From Candidatus Parcubacteria bacterium (lineage in GTDB: Bacteria > Patescibacteriota > Patescibacteriia > Patescibacteriales > UBA12465): DNA of 36,774 nucleotides. Of this stretch, positions 35,040 to 36,774 are shown in pieces. Both the position numbers and the translations under genes were made by a program. A model generated the notes under the pieces. The model saw nothing but the letters and a program-made list of their open reading frames with translations, did not search any database and was not told the origin of the DNA. Location: assembly GCA_037076615.1 (NCBI GenBank), contig AP029158.1, positions 597,525 through 634,298 of the forward strand, read 5' to 3'. The number at the start of each line of letters is the position of its first letter. Within the stretch, counting starts at the first letter, position 1.

Positions 35040-35639
35040 TTAATTAGTTAAAATTACTAACTCCATTTCTTCTTGAGGCAAATCTCTTTTACTTAATCGC
35101 AATTTTTCTTCGCGTGTCGGCGCCACCCCTAACTGCTTAACAAACTTTTCAACTTGAGCTTCTCCGTCGTAGCCAATCGGAATAACCAGGCGAGGTTCAA
35201 TTCGCGCGACCACTGCCGCGGCCTGCGAGGAGTCAATCATTTTATCGCCGCCAATCGGAACTAGTAAAACATCGACTCCCGATAATTTTCCCAATTGATC
35301 ATCAGTTAAAGGACGAGATAAGGCACCCAGATGAACAACAGAAATATCATCAATCTCAACTCGATAAATTAAATTATCAGCCGGTAAATTTTTAGCGGTT
35401 GCCTCTTCAGGATAACTATCAATTCCTTCAACTAAAACGCCGGTGGTATCGTATTCGCCAGCACAGTCAATTACAAAAGGAGTGCCTTTTACTTTTTTAT
35501 TTTTTTCTAGAGGGTCAGTCCAAGCGACAATCGCCGCCTCAATAGCAGCGTTAACCGGATTAATTAGAACCGTAATTCCGTCGGAACTAGTTTTATCTTG
35601 TAGTTTTACAGACAGCCCACCCAACCAATTAATAATCAT
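35040..35639 (-). CDS. MBL-fold (Lactamase_B_3-like) protein lacking the metal-binding histidines
   Basis: The overall pattern MIINWLGG.S..L, VDVLLVPIGGDKMIDSSQAAAVVARIEPRLVIPIGY resembles UPF0173/Lactamase_B_3 proteins. The whole protein has a single His, so there is no HxHxDH motif. Confidence 0.5.
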   Translation of the reverse strand: MIINWLGGLSVKLQDKTSSDGITVLINPVNAAIEAAIVAWTDPLEKNKKVKGTPFVIDCAGEYDTTGVLVEGIDSYPEEATAKNLPADNLIYRVEIDDISVVHLGALSRPLTDDQLGKLSGVDVLLVPIGGDKMIDSSQAAAVVARIEPRLVIPIGYDGEAQVEKFVKQLGVAPTREEKLRLSKRDLPQEEMELVILTN

Positions 35640-35685
35640 AAATTTATTAAAACAATAACAAGGATTTTAAGAAATCCGTATCTGA

Positions 35686-35694
35686 ATTATACCA
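35686..35694 (-). promoter_or_regulatory. Extended -10 promoter element TGGTATAAT for the MBL-ndk-gyrA operon
   Basis: The plus strand reads attatacca. It lies 47 nt upstream of the ATG at 35639. Confidence 0.5.
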
Positions 35695-35962
35695 ACAAAA
35701 GATTTCTTGGTCAATAAAAAGCCGATAAAAACGGGCTTTTTAAGGGAAATAATAAAAAAGAGCCGATCGACATCACGTCGTGGGCTCTTAAAATAAGTAA
35801 GGCGATGACTCCCGTCAGTCCTTTTTATTATGGCTAAAGAAAAAAATAGTTGTTAAATAACAGTAGCGAGTACCCTAGCAATTAATTAAAAAAAGGGCAA
35901 GCGAATTTAGGCCCTAATTCCCGGCCCGCAACTTTAGTCTAAAAGCCCTTGTTTTACAGGGG

Positions 35963-35991
35963 TTGACAAGATTTTTAAAGTCCTATAAAAT
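35963..35991 (+). promoter_or_regulatory. rRNA operon promoter, TTGACA-17 nt-TAAAAT
   Basis: Consensus -35 TTGACA at 35963-35968, a 17-nt spacer and TAAAAT at 35986-35991, about 215 nt upstream of the 16S 5' end. Confidence 0.7.
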
Positions 35992-36205
35992 AAGCAACAT
36001 CAAACTGACAATAGAAAAAAACTGGTTCAAAAACAAGATATTTAATATCTCTGTTTTTTTCTGCCCTGTTTGAAGAACCTTCACAATTTACAACCTATGT
36101 AGTTTCGATGCTAATTGGCATCGATTCGGTGATAAAAACATAATCCAATTTATTGGATAAAAATACAAGAAAGCATTTTGCTTTCATTTAGAGTCAGTGA
36201 CTCTT

Positions 36206-36774
<569 letters not shown>

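Noticed and set aside
35640-36204. Chromosomal replication origin in the long AT-rich gap where gene orientation switches, near gyrA
   Set aside because: By eye there is only one weak DnaA-box-like 9-mer (TTATCCAAT on the minus strand, near 36150), and no cluster. There is no dnaA or dnaN nearby. The region is adequately explained by two divergent promoters plus the rRNA leader.

Overview
This is a 36.8-kb chromosomal segment that is almost entirely coding and mostly minus-strand. It reads like a small-genome CPR/Patescibacteria-type bacterium. That is an inference from a divergent 16S, the gene content and the protein styles. The genetic code is standard: TGA is used as a stop in three gene overlaps.

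- **Left third (1-11695):** three co-directional giant genes encode more than 3,890 aa of secreted surface proteins that are Cys-rich and carry IPT/TIG, Ig-like and FN3 domains. The first two share a VirB2/TrbC-like (T4SS-pilin-type) N-terminal membrane module. The third is missing from the supplied ORF track because it runs off the window edge.
- **Middle:** housekeeping genes, namely a short Rel/SpoT homologue, rpsU, hisS, lepB, queA, ruvB, a SanA-like protein, a UvrD-type helicase fused to an iron-staple nuclease, an M16 peptidase and radC.
- **23.7-28.0 kb:** an accessory-looking envelope block. It holds a 4-gene operon (small anchored protein, Cys/Gly-rich secreted protein, 441-aa polytopic membrane protein, CarS/DUF46-like CTP-transferase). 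It also holds a stand-alone Bacteroidota-style FISUMP-domain lipoprotein gene with its own terminator.
- **Right end:** an O-antigen-ligase-like gene, an NTase-like gene, rmuC, gyrA, ndk, a nearly His-free MBL-fold protein, a 565-bp regulatory intergenic region, and the first ~570 nt of a 16S rRNA gene.

I recognised no CRISPR array, transposase, integrase or tRNA. The best candidate for something undescribed is the operon of giant adhesin-like proteins anchored by a pilin module. The second is the CarS-like membrane operon. All domain calls are from reading motifs by eye, not from searches.
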